DNA of 26,551 nt from the IMG/VR virus record IMGVR_UViG_3300027808_000141, positions 1 through 26,551 of that record; one strand, 5' to 3'. This document shows, one piece after another, positions 6,577-14,097 of the stretch. Within the stretch, counting starts at the first letter, position 1, and each line of letters starts with the position of its first letter. Under the pieces are notes generated by a model. It was given only the letters and a program-made list of their open reading frames with translations. It was not told the origin of the DNA and made no database searches. The stretch comes from a virus (taxonomy: Duplodnaviria > Caudoviricetes). A program made the position numbers and the translations under genes.

Positions 6577-7336
6577 GATATTTTCCTTCCACAATCTTTG
6601 CAAAGTTGCTGGGTTTAAGAATCCACTCAAGATCGGCGGTAAACGCACGCCCGTCTTTGTTGTTCACCTTGCCGACCAAGAACTTGGATTTGTTGATGTG
6701 CCCAAAAAAATCATCAAACCACTCCAAGACTGCGCTGACGGTTGCTGGCTTGTCTTTGCCCAGTTCTGTTGCCACTTCTCGCCAGCGTTGTCTCAGGTAG
6801 CTTTGTCTGGTAGCGTTCCAAACTTCCACTCGGCGCAGGGTTGGTAGCTGCTGGTGATACAGATCAATGACTCCCTGATGATTGCAATCTGGAATTTTTA
6901 CCTCAAGGCCACCGGCAGGTGGACATATATTGGTATCTATTGGTTTATGGTTTATGGTTACTGGTTCATGGTTGCTATTAGGGGGTGTTAAGGGTGGCGA
7001 TGGGGGGGCTATAGGGGGGCTATCACCTGCCTTTGCCCACCGCTTATCAGCACCTCGTTTTCCAGCCTCTGACAACAAGCGGTATCCAGCAATTTCCTTG
7101 TCTGCTCTCGGGTTTATAAAGCCAGCGTCAGTGCTAACAAAAAACTCATTGAGTACTGTTAAAACGTCCTGCTCTTGATCACGCATCCCAATTTGCCGGG
7201 CTATGTCCCGTTGCTTTATAGGGTGCTCATGCAAGTAATAATGATCTAAAAGGCGGCGAAACGCCAAGTCTTCCATTAACGAAAGATGATGGGTATGGGA
7301 TTTGTAGTCCCCAATGTGAAAACTAAAATAGTGCAT
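6563..7336 (-). CDS. Replication initiator, YdaU/DUF1376 family (lambda O analogue)
   Basis: MHYFSFHIGDY..HT.HLS..EDLAFRRLLD.YY N-terminus; ADLEWILKPSNFAKIVEGKY C-terminus; low-complexity linker carrying repeats; TAAGG RBS before ATG 7336. Confidence 0.85.
   Translation of the reverse strand: MHYFSFHIGDYKSHTHHLSLMEDLAFRRLLDHYYLHEHPIKQRDIARQIGMRDQEQDVLTVLNEFFVSTDAGFINPRADKEIAGYRLLSEAGKRGADKRWAKAGDSPPIAPPSPPLTPPNSNHEPVTINHKPIDTNICPPAGGLEVKIPDCNHQGVIDLYHQQLPTLRRVEVWNATRQSYLRQRWREVATELGKDKPATVSAVLEWFDDFFGHINKSKFLVGKVNNKDGRAFTADLEWILKPSNFAKIVEGKYHGAH
6941..7024. repeat. Putative replication origin iterons inside the initiator gene
   Basis: Four 11-mers on the minus strand (GATAGCCCCCC, TATAGCCCCCC, CATCGCCACCC, TTAACACCCCC) and five TGGTT units at 7-bp spacing (6941, 6948, 6955, 6962, 6969). 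Confidence 0.7.
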
Positions 7337-7373
7337 GGCAACCTTACGTTCTAGGTTAAGCGTTACTGATGGG

Positions 7374-7431
7374 TGGGCCTGGCAGGGCGGTAACGAATCG
7401 CCTTTTCCCCCGCTAAGGGTAGCCGTGCCCA
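7374..7431 (-). ncRNA. Putative three-way-junction regulatory RNA (C4/CI-like architecture)
   Basis: UGGGC/GCCCA and GGC/GCC closing stems, CCCU-UAGC-GGGG hairpin, AAAA linker, GGCG-AUUCGUUAC-CGCC hairpin; lies between cro and the initiator. Confidence 0.55.
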
Positions 7432-7434
7432 TAA

Positions 7435-7629
7435 TTATAACTTACCAAACCATTCTGGCCTGCTTGCCTGTAGCTGCGCCAGCCTTGCGTTTGGCATCTT
7501 GCGCCATTGCGCTACAGCAGGCGGTGTCACGCCCAGCAGACGGGCCAAGGCTGACTTGCTGCCTGCTTTCTGGATAGCCGTTGCCAAGGTTGCATCGTGC
7601 GCTTTTTTCAATTGTTCAAGGGTTTGCAT
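7435..7629 (-). CDS. cro: Cro/YdaS-like HTH regulator
   Basis: AIQKAGSKSALARLLGVTPPAVAQW..MP..R; first gene of the replication operon. Confidence 0.85.
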   Translation of the reverse strand: MQTLEQLKKAHDATLATAIQKAGSKSALARLLGVTPPAVAQWRKMPNARLAQLQASRPEWFGKL

Positions 7630-7760
7630 CCGCGCATTTTATACCTTTTCCTTAACATCTTATATACATTAAAGTTGTGTTTTTTGCGTTTTATATAACA
7701 ATTCTGTATAAAAATAAGTTAAAAAAGGGCTTGTAGCGTTAAGAAAACGCTTATACTTAG
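7630..7760. promoter_or_regulatory. Divergent early promoter/operator region
   Basis: AT-rich. Minus-strand TAAAAT (7641-7636) lies 6 nt before the cro ATG. Plus strand has TTGTAG (7731) and TATACT (7752). 18-bp imperfect direct repeats at 7718-7735 and 7738-7755 (14/18 identical). Confidence 0.6.
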
Positions 7761-7805
7761 CGTCAATCCCCAGCAATTCCGTCAGGGGTATTTTTAGGAA
7801 ACATC

Positions 7806-7976
7806 ATGACAAAAGCATACGAAATTCACAACCCTGATTTCAACGACATGAACCTTGAACAGCAAATTGCGGCAGGCTGCTGCGATTGGTGTGTTGAAGG
7901 AATTAGCGGCCACTGCTACTACGGGCATACCGCACGAGCAGCCGAACAAAACGCAGCTTTGTATTTTTACCGTTAA
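7806..7976 (+). CDS. 56-aa Cys/His-rich early protein (not in ORF track)
   Basis: AGGA RBS; MTKAYEIHNPDFNDMNLEQQIAAGCCDWCVEGISGHCYYGHTARAAEQNAALYFYR. Confidence 0.7.
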   Translation: MTKAYEIHNPDFNDMNLEQQIAAGCCDWCVEGISGHCYYGHTARAAEQNAALYFYR

Positions 7977-7986
7977 TTTAACTTAC

Positions 7987-8000
7987 GGGGCTACGGCCCC
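7987..8000 (+). promoter_or_regulatory. Stable intergenic C(UACG)G tetraloop hairpin
   Basis: GGGGC-TACG-GCCCC with no downstream U-tract. Confidence 0.55.
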
Positions 8001-8012
8001 AGAAAGAACATC

Positions 8013-8321
8013 ATGAGCAAAACTCCCATCTGGACAACTGGCTACAAGCCAACCAAGGAAGACCTCAAGGGTCTGTGCAACCACCGCTTTGAGACTGCTG
8101 GCGGCTTAGTGCTGGACTGCTACTTGGCTTTTGAAGCAGAAGAACGCGCCACCTTCAATGACCCTGGTTGCGCTGCTGCCGTTGAGCTGATCTGGGCCTT
8201 GGTGGAAGGCGTGGATATCAGCGAGGTGCTTGGCGATCTGGCTGAAACGATTGAGGAAGAGGCACTGAGCGATCTGGAAGACCAGATCAAGAATGCTGCA
8301 TTTGAGCGAGGTGAAGCATGA
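8013..8321 (+). CDS. Acidic hypothetical protein
   Basis: 102 aa with 22 D/E versus 8 K/R; ATGA coupling to the next gene. Confidence 0.75.
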   Translation: MSKTPIWTTGYKPTKEDLKGLCNHRFETAGGLVLDCYLAFEAEERATFNDPGCAAAVELIWALVEGVDISEVLGDLAETIEEEALSDLEDQIKNAAFERGEA

Positions 8322-8575
8322 ACTGGCTGGCAGCGGCTTTGGTGGCCCTGGTGCTGGGCACTAGCCACTATTTAGACTGGCCTAGCGAGATCGAGGCAGC
8401 GCAAGATGCTGTGGCGGCTTACAAGGCAGCTAAAACTGAGCAGGAGCGCCAGGCTAGGTTTGAGGCAGCAGCGCAGCAGCTATGTGGAGAAAACGCAGGC
8501 TGGCGGCTACTTGCTGATGGCAATGTTCAATGCTTTACGCACAGAGGATTTAAAACAAAAAAGGTGCAATTATGA
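8318..8575 (+). CDS. Membrane-anchored or secreted hypothetical protein
   Basis: Hydrophobic N-terminus WLAAALVALVLG, coiled segment, Cys pair; GAGG RBS. Confidence 0.75.
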   Translation: MNWLAAALVALVLGTSHYLDWPSEIEAAQDAVAAYKAAKTEQERQARFEAAAQQLCGENAGWRLLADGNVQCFTHRGFKTKKVQL

Positions 8576-8769
8576 AAATTGACGCAACCATTGAAGAAAT
8601 AAACAAGATTGCCAATCGTGCCTATGCCGGGGCTAACCCTGCTGACAGGCTGGCATTTGAGAATGGTATGTTAATCAGCGCATTGCGAGAAATGTCCTGC
8701 TTGCTGGACAACGCTACTGATCGTTGCAAACAATTGGAAATTGAAATTATGCATAAGGAAAATACATGA
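8572..8769 (+). CDS. Hypothetical protein
   Basis: ATGA overlaps at both ends; AAGGTG RBS. Confidence 0.7.
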   Translation: MKIDATIEEINKIANRAYAGANPADRLAFENGMLISALREMSCLLDNATDRCKQLEIEIMHKENT

Positions 8770-9095
8770 AAAAGATTATTGGAACCACGAAAGCCTGGTT
8801 GCCTGAGTACAGTAGGTTAAGCCCTGAAGACTTGCAGGGCGACAAGGTTATTGACTCGTTGGCGTTCTGTAGCGCCGATATGAGGGCAGGAGGCTGGACT
8901 TACGTGGGCGAAGCCACCATTACGGTGGACATGATTTTGTCGCACGACGAAATGGTTGCCAGCAAAATTGAGACTTTGAAAACTCAGCAAGCAAAAGTGC
9001 GTGTCGATGCTCAAGAAAAGATTAACAAACTAGAGGACATGATTCAAAAACTGCTTGCCATTACTTACGTAGATGACATAAAGGAATCGACATGA
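8766..9095 (+). CDS. Hypothetical protein with C-terminal coiled coil
   Basis: TAAGGA RBS, ATGA overlaps, KLLAITY ending. Confidence 0.75.
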   Translation: MKKIIGTTKAWLPEYSRLSPEDLQGDKVIDSLAFCSADMRAGGWTYVGEATITVDMILSHDEMVASKIETLKTQQAKVRVDAQEKINKLEDMIQKLLAITYVDDIKEST

Positions 9096-9622
9096 ACAAT
9101 TTACAAGATTTAAGGAAACCATTTCCCGATCATCAAATTAGCTACTTGCCAAAAGGCGGTACAAAATTAGCCTATGTGGGCCATGCGGCTTTGACTGACA
9201 GACTGTTGGACGTTGACCCTGGCTGGACATGGGAGCCGTTAGCAATGAGTCCCCACGGCTTGCCTGTCATGGACGATCTGGGCGGTATGTGGATACGGCT
9301 TACAGTGTGCGGTGTTACTAGGCTTGGCTACGGGCACGCTGGCAACAAGCAGGGCGGTGACGCTATCAAAGAAATCATTGGTGATGCTTTGCGAAATGCT
9401 GCAATGCGATTTGGTGCTGCACTTGAGTTGTGGCACAAGGGCGATTTGCATCTGGATGCGCCTGCGGAATCAGCTTTGCAATTTTGGCTTGATGATTTTG
9501 AGGTTTGCGCAACAAGCGAAGAATTGCGAAAAAGTTTCACATTGGCTTTGGCAGCGGTTACTAATGATGCTGACAAAACAATATTGATTGAAGCAAAAGA
9601 CAAACGTAAAAAGGAATTGTGA
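9092..9622 (+). CDS. Rad52/Sak-like single-strand annealing protein
   Basis: LRKPFP, LAYVGHAALTDRLLDVDPGWTW, KEIIGDALRNAAMRFG..LELW; adjacent to an exonuclease. Confidence 0.75.
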   Translation: MNNLQDLRKPFPDHQISYLPKGGTKLAYVGHAALTDRLLDVDPGWTWEPLAMSPHGLPVMDDLGGMWIRLTVCGVTRLGYGHAGNKQGGDAIKEIIGDALRNAAMRFGAALELWHKGDLHLDAPAESALQFWLDDFEVCATSEELRKSFTLALAAVTNDADKTILIEAKDKRKKEL

Positions 9623-10245
9623 TGCAACAAGGCACAGACGAATGGTTTGCCGCCAGGCTAGGCAAAGTAACAGCAAGCAGGGCGGCAGATGTACTGACAA
9701 AAAAAGGCAGCGCAGCTAGGAGTAATTTGTCTGCCCAATTGGTGCTGGAGCGATTGACTAACACAAAAGGCGAATCGTTTAGCAGCGCAGCAATGCAATG
9801 GGGCGTAGATCAAGAGCCGTTTGCAAGAGCAGCGTACGAAGCCCACAGTGGCGTTTGGGTTGACACTGTAGGCTTTGTACAGCATCCTACGATTGAGCGT
9901 GCCGGGGCTAGTCCTGACGGCTTGGTGGGGCATGATGGGCTGGTTGAGATTAAGTGTCCCAACACTTCCATCATGATTGACACTCTGTTAACGGGCAAGG
10001 TGCCTAGCAATTACGTTACTCAAATGCAGATGCAGATGGCCTGTACAGGACGGGCTTGGTGTGATTATGCGGTGTTTGATTCTAGGATGCCTGTTAAAGC
10101 GCAATTGTTTGTCAAACGGGTGCAGCGTGATCAAAAATTCATTGATGATTTAAACAAAGAAATCATTGCGTTTTTGGCCGAGGTAGAAATCAGTTATCAA
10201 TTTTTAATTAACTATACACTATTGTGGGCACATACACCAACTTGA
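9619..10245 (+). CDS. YqaJ/lambda-exonuclease family 5'-3' exonuclease
   Basis: QGTDEWFAARLGKVTAS, MQWGVDQEPFAR, GASPDGLV, LVEIKCP, YVTQMQMQM. Confidence 0.93.
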   Translation: MMQQGTDEWFAARLGKVTASRAADVLTKKGSAARSNLSAQLVLERLTNTKGESFSSAAMQWGVDQEPFARAAYEAHSGVWVDTVGFVQHPTIERAGASPDGLVGHDGLVEIKCPNTSIMIDTLLTGKVPSNYVTQMQMQMACTGRAWCDYAVFDSRMPVKAQLFVKRVQRDQKFIDDLNKEIIAFLAEVEISYQFLINYTLLWAHTPT

Positions 10246-10305
10246 AAGCAAATAATGTCATCAATCATAAAAGAACTTAGCACTATTGTGGGCACATACA
10301 CCAAC
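10217..10305 (+). repeat. Exact 25-bp direct repeat, copies at 10217-10241 and 10281-10305
   Basis: CACTATTGTGGGCACATACACCAAC twice, separated by 39 bp. Confidence 0.95.
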
Positions 10306-10494
10306 AGCAAAGGTGAAAAAAAGAATCGCTATCAACGAGTTGGCAGCATCATTCAAACCCAGCGGGGCGATATGGTAAAAATTGACGTTATCCCGTTAAA
10401 GGAAGGCGGCTGGGATGGCTGGGCATTTATCAATGATCCAAAGCCAAAAGAATATCAAGGCTTGCCCAAAGACGAAGACGATTTATCATTTTGA
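10255..10494 (+). CDS. Small SSB-like protein
   Basis: Beta-rich body (VGTYTN..GEKKNRYQRVG) with acidic-aromatic tail DEDDLSF; follows the annealase and exonuclease. Confidence 0.6.
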   Translation: MSSIIKELSTIVGTYTNSKGEKKNRYQRVGSIIQTQRGDMVKIDVIPLKEGGWDGWAFINDPKPKEYQGLPKDEDDLSF

Positions 10495-10503
10495 GGAGTA
10501 ATC

Positions 10504-10767
10504 ATGTACGCACGACACACCGATCCAGACACTAGCCACATAGCAATGCGTGATCCGTCTGCTATGGAGGCCGAGGTACTTAAAGTTATTCGCCGATATA
10601 AAAATGGCTGCATTGCTGAACAGCTTGAGCAGGCTTTGCCGCACATCCGAATTAACAGCATTACGCCCAGGCCAGCAGCGCTTATCCGCAAAGGATTGGT
10701 AATGGACACTGGTGAGCGCAGGCAAACATCAAACGGCTCTTGGCAAAGAGTGTTGATAGCGCTATGA
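10504..10767 (+). CDS. Winged-helix-like DNA-binding protein
   Basis: ARHTDPDTSH start, SITPRPAALIRKGLV.DTGERR wing; GAGGAG RBS. Confidence 0.65.
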   Translation: MYARHTDPDTSHIAMRDPSAMEAEVLKVIRRYKNGCIAEQLEQALPHIRINSITPRPAALIRKGLVMDTGERRQTSNGSWQRVLIAL

Positions 10768-10886
10768 ATGATAACGACGATTATGAATTAATTATGTGGG
10801 CATATTTAATTGCTCACATAATTGTGATACTGCTTGCATTGGTTGGCGTTGCTGGCTTGGCGGGTTATGTCTGGGGGATGCTATGA
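10764..10886 (+). CDS. 40-aa single-pass membrane protein (not in ORF track)
   Basis: MNDNDDYELIMWAYLIAHIIVILLALVGVAGLAGYVWGML; ATGA overlaps at both ends. Confidence 0.7.
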   Translation: MNDNDDYELIMWAYLIAHIIVILLALVGVAGLAGYVWGML

Positions 10887-10978
10887 CTAACTGGCCTTTT
10901 CCTACTCAATTGCCGCCAGCAAAGCCTAGCAAACCAATTCCAATAAACCCAGAAAATTATGAGGACGCACCGTTTTAA
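10883..10978 (+). CDS. 31-aa Pro-rich peptide
   Basis: MTNWPFPTQLPPAKPSKPIPINPENYEDAPF; GGGGGA RBS and ATGA overlap. Confidence 0.6.
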   Translation: MTNWPFPTQLPPAKPSKPIPINPENYEDAPF

Positions 10979-10981
10979 AAT

Positions 10982-11209
10982 ATGACTATTACAGTATTGT
11001 CTAAACGCATACGTGACGCTTTGGCGCAATCACCTGACGGGCTTACCCCCCGTGAAATAGCGGTGCTGCTGGATGTTGATGTATCACAAATAAATCGATC
11101 TTTATCTTTGATGCCTGACGTTTACATTGATCGCTGGATTGCTTGGAAAAACAAGTACACATCTGTGCATTGTTTGGCGTTTATTCCTGATGATTGCCCA
11201 CACCCATGA
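10982..11209 (+). CDS. Small HTH protein
   Basis: PDGLTPREIAVLLDVDVSQINRSL; last gene of the plus-strand operon. Confidence 0.65.
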   Translation: MTITVLSKRIRDALAQSPDGLTPREIAVLLDVDVSQINRSLSLMPDVYIDRWIAWKNKYTSVHCLAFIPDDCPHP

Positions 11210-11233
11210 CGCTTTAAGCGTACCGAAGCCTTT
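11209..11233. terminator. Weak hairpin in the convergent gap between early and lysis operons
   Basis: ACGCT-TTA-AGCGT; short stem, support is mainly positional. Confidence 0.3.
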
Positions 11234-11569
11234 TTACCCACGCTCAAAGTGCGGGCAATCTACCAAAGATTTGAAATTGCCGCCCCATCGGTTTTTAGGA
11301 TGCAGAGTTTCCCAATATGCACCAAGAGGAGCAAGGATTGTTTTGTCCCAAATAATATTGCCATCCTTAAAAAAATTCAAGTCTATGGCGCAGCGCTTTA
11401 GATGGATGGAATTCATTGTTTTAGAACGGCCTGTTTTAAAATAAATAGCTTGCTGTTCGGGTGTGCGTGACAACTCCCCGCCAGTAACCATAAAACCTTG
11501 CTCAGTGGCGTGCTGTATGAGTTTGCAGGCATCCAGAAGAAAAGCGGCTTGTTCTTGTGAAAGACTCAT
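11234..11569 (-). CDS. Endolysin, peptidase M15 family
   Basis: RTPEQQ, SIHLKRCAIDLN, WGGNF, DCPHFE Zn-peptidase motifs. Confidence 0.88.
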   Translation of the reverse strand: MSLSQEQAAFLLDACKLIQHATEQGFMVTGGELSRTPEQQAIYFKTGRSKTMNSIHLKRCAIDLNFFKDGNIIWDKTILAPLGAYWETLHPKNRWGGNFKSLVDCPHFERG

Positions 11570-12084
11570 TTTCTGCTCCTCATGTCGGCCAGCTTCTCAA
11601 TTGTTCGGCCACCAAAGTAGGCACCCATGATCAGCATTCCCCACTGGCCAAGCAGTTCAACGTAAGACTCGTTAGCGTTCAAGCCGAATGCGGACATCAT
11701 GGCAAAGATAAAGTACCCCACGAAGATGGCTACAAGGCTCATAGGGCGAATATTCTTGGACAGCCAAGAGTCACTGCTCATGTCCGCTTTCCAGCGGTCT
11801 GAGACGTTGTTATCCTCGTTCTGGGAAGCTAAAGCAAAAACTTTTAGCTCCTCCAACTCGGCTTGGGCTTTCATAATCCCAAGTTCAATCAACCTTTCTT
11901 CGTGATCGTACTGCAACTGGCGTAATTTGGTAACTTCCTCTGGGCTAGGGTTGTCTGAAATCTTAACGCCAAAAGCGTTTTCGACAACTTCTTTGCCTTT
12001 TGCTTGAAGCGCAGATGACAAAAGGCCCAGCCCGTTCTGAGCCAATGTACCGAGGAGTGATGCAACTATTGGAATCATGGTCAC
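11566..12084 (-). CDS. Putative holin (GTA-holin-like)
   Basis: RWKADM.SDSWLSKNIRP followed by two hydrophobic helices and AYFGGRTIEK; directly upstream of the endolysin. Confidence 0.7.
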   Translation of the reverse strand: MTMIPIVASLLGTLAQNGLGLLSSALQAKGKEVVENAFGVKISDNPSPEEVTKLRQLQYDHEERLIELGIMKAQAELEELKVFALASQNEDNNVSDRWKADMSSDSWLSKNIRPMSLVAIFVGYFIFAMMSAFGLNANESYVELLGQWGMLIMGAYFGGRTIEKLADMRSRK

Positions 12085-12536
12085 CCTTTTAAATCAAAAC
12101 TCAAATTAGCATGGCGGGGGTATTGAACCACACGCTCACCCTCCGGGCATTTGTACTTGATCGTTGCCAGCAGTGTGGCTGTGCCCGGTGCAATTTTTTC
12201 TTTTTTCACCATCGTAAGCTGGTATGTAAACGTGTCAATCGTTGGCCCTGCTGGGCCGCTGAATTTGCTTGCTGTTGTCGTTGCCTCATGCACCATGCCA
12301 GCGGCATCCCTGATGCTTGGCGTGAAACTTTCCACTGAGCAGTCATCACGTTTTTTGATTCGAGCCACTGTCACATTGATAGGCTGCCCTGCCGCTGCTG
12401 TAATCTTAAAATGCTCTGGTGACCACTCAAGAATAGCCCGATCAAACCAACCAAATTTGTCTGCCAACGTGTAACCGCCGCCAATGGCTGCAATGCTGGC
12501 TGCGACTGCTCCAATGGCTTTGGTTACGTCAATCAT
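12081..12536 (-). CDS. Membrane-anchored beta-rich protein in the lysis cassette
   Basis: N-terminal hydrophobic helix, two Cys, ATGA overlaps at both ends. Confidence 0.7.
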   Translation of the reverse strand: MIDVTKAIGAVAASIAAIGGGYTLADKFGWFDRAILEWSPEHFKITAAAGQPINVTVARIKKRDDCSVESFTPSIRDAAGMVHEATTTASKFSGPAGPTIDTFTYQLTMVKKEKIAPGTATLLATIKYKCPEGERVVQYPRHANLSFDLKG

Positions 12537-12679
12537 TTTTTATTCCACATTTCAAACAGCGTTTTGATCTTCTCTTCCAAAACAGCCACCCGTAAATCTA
12601 ACTTTGCCAAAACAATAATCAGCGTGATGATTGCCAGCAGGATGGGCCAAGCCTTTGCCAAGATTTCAAAGAAATCCAC
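12533..12679 (-). CDS. 48-aa single-TM plus coiled-coil protein (not in ORF track)
   Basis: GTG start; MDFFEILAKAWPILLAIITLIIVLAKLDLRVAVLEEKIKTLFEMWNKK; ATGA overlap with the next gene. Confidence 0.7.
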   Translation of the reverse strand: MDFFEILAKAWPILLAIITLIIVLAKLDLRVAVLEEKIKTLFEMWNKK

Positions 12680-12681
12680 AA

Positions 12682-12852
12682 TCAACGATGCAATGTAAGG
12701 CTGGCATAAACAATGGCAGACATACTAAAAATAAGTACTCCCGCAGTTTTAATCAGGATGCCTTCTAATCGTTTTAACCGAGCATTGATTTGGGCGTATC
12801 TTTCAGCACAAAGTGCTTCGTGGCTGTTTAGCCTGGCTTCAGTTTCTGTCAT
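12682..12852 (-). CDS. Small coiled-coil plus C-terminal TM protein (XhlA/holin-like)
   Basis: EARLNSHEALCAERY..I.ARLKRLE then a hydrophobic tail; ATGA overlap at 12849-12852. Confidence 0.7.
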   Translation of the reverse strand: MTETEARLNSHEALCAERYAQINARLKRLEGILIKTAGVLIFSMSAIVYASLTLHR

Positions 12853-13208
12853 GTTTCTACCCACGCAATAATTGATTCATCCCAGCGGTACTTTTTGCCG
12901 TCAGTGGGATATGCAACGGGTGGTATCCATTGGCAAGATTCTTTATCTAATAGCCAGCTTGAAAATGGTTTTGGCGCTATAAAGGCATCTCGGGTTGCGT
13001 CATAAGTAAACCCTGCGCCAGCGTAGTTTTTACGGAATGTGGCGTTGTAGCTGGTTTGTTTCCAGTTGGTGTAGCCACCACTCCAATCGGTTAAAAACGC
13101 AATGCCTTTTGCTTCGCTTTCAACGCCGTTGTCTAACAGTTCGTTGTTGTGTAGGCAATGCACTTCCAGCACTGTGTTTGTGTCATCAAGTTTTGCAAAA
13201 TGTGCCAT
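12849..13208 (-). CDS. Putative tail fibre assembly/chaperone-like protein
   Basis: MAHFAKLD, WKQTSYN..FRKNYAGAG.TYD..RDAFI.PKPF.SW, Y.WDE...W; follows the Gly-rich gene. Confidence 0.65.
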   Translation of the reverse strand: MAHFAKLDDTNTVLEVHCLHNNELLDNGVESEAKGIAFLTDWSGGYTNWKQTSYNATFRKNYAGAGFTYDATRDAFIAPKPFSSWLLDKESCQWIPPVAYPTDGKKYRWDESIIAWVET

Positions 13209-13215
13209 GATATTT

Positions 13216-14097
13216 TTAGAAAGTAATTGTTCCAGAGCCTGTCCACTTGTAAACTCTGTATCCACCGGCAACTGTGATGGTTGGTGAGCCAGTTGTTGCA
13301 GTGGCGGCGGGATAGGTGTCTGCATAGCGAATAATGACTACACCACTACCGCCTGCCGCACCTGATCCTTCAGCACCGCCGCCTCCACCACCAGTATTTG
13401 CTGTTCCTGCCGTAGGCGAACGTCCACTACCATAATTTCCTGCCCCCCCGCCGCCAGAACCACCACTACTTTGTGTTCCAATTTCGCTTGTGCTTCCACC
13501 ACCACCACCACCAGCGTACGTTATAGCGGAACCACTAATTGATGATGTTGATCCATTACCGCCATTGCCCCCGTTATATTGAGCACCAAAACAATTTGAT
13601 CCTACGGCACTTGCACCTCCACCTCCACCACCACCATTTTCAGTTGAGCCAGCCGTTCCTAATCCACTCCCACCATTATTGCCTTGGCTTGGACTTGTAC
13701 TAGGTGTGTTTCCAGATCCAATCACTCCAGCAGATTCAGCAGCGCCGCCGCCAGAACCACCCGGCCGACCATTACGTGATCCCGCGACTATACCTATACC
13801 ACCGCCGCCGCCGCCAGTTGAGGTAATTGACGAAAATACCGAATTATTACCACTTGTCCCATAATTATTAGAAGGGACTGCACCTCCTGCACCCACGGTA
13901 ACTGTAATTGCAATACCGGTTGCAACTGCAAACCCTACATCAGTTCTATATCCACCTGCTCCACCGCCGCCAGAACATTCGCTTGTTTTACCGCCACCAC
14001 TAGCACCACCAGCCACTACTAAGTATTCAACTGTAGGTGTTACTCCACCGCCAAATGATCTTTGGTTTTGGAAAACAGCTTGAAGTGCGCCACTCAT
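13216..14097 (-). CDS. Glycine-rich virion/adhesin-like protein
   Basis: VEYLVVAGG, many GGGGG runs, ANTGGGGGG, GGSGVVIIRY; ATGA overlap at the start. Confidence 0.8.
   Translation of the reverse strand: MSGALQAVFQNQRSFGGGVTPTVEYLVVAGGASGGGKTSECSGGGGAGGYRTDVGFAVATGIAITVTVGAGGAVPSNNYGTSGNNSVFSSITSTGGGGGGIGIVAGSRNGRPGGSGGGAAESAGVIGSGNTPSTSPSQGNNGGSGLGTAGSTENGGGGGGGASAVGSNCFGAQYNGGNGGNGSTSSISGSAITYAGGGGGGSTSEIGTQSSGGSGGGGAGNYGSGRSPTAGTANTGGGGGGAEGSGAAGGSGVVIIRYADTYPAATATTGSPTITVAGGYRVYKWTGSGTITF

Noticed and set aside
7374-7431. tRNA gene
   Set aside because: Too short, only two hairpin arms, no T-loop GTTC or D-loop consensus. No tRNA was recognised elsewhere in the window.
7337-7432. N-terminal extension of the initiator given in the ORF track
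   Set aside because: The family-like sequence begins at MHYF (7336) with its own RBS; the upstream part is better explained as a structured RNA leader.
31-7577. Plus-strand ORFs opposite the replication and modification operon (e.g. 2640-3014, 5418-5774, 6034-6468, 6479-6847)
   Set aside because: They lie antisense to well-supported genes and show no recognisable domains.
7987-8000. Rho-independent terminator
   Set aside because: Strong stem but no U-tract, and it lies mid-operon.
10217-10305. Mini-CRISPR array reading of the 25-bp repeat with a 39-bp spacer
   Set aside because: Only two copies, no cas genes or leader, no clear palindrome; the second copy is ordinary SSB coding sequence and deleting the first restores normal gene coupling.
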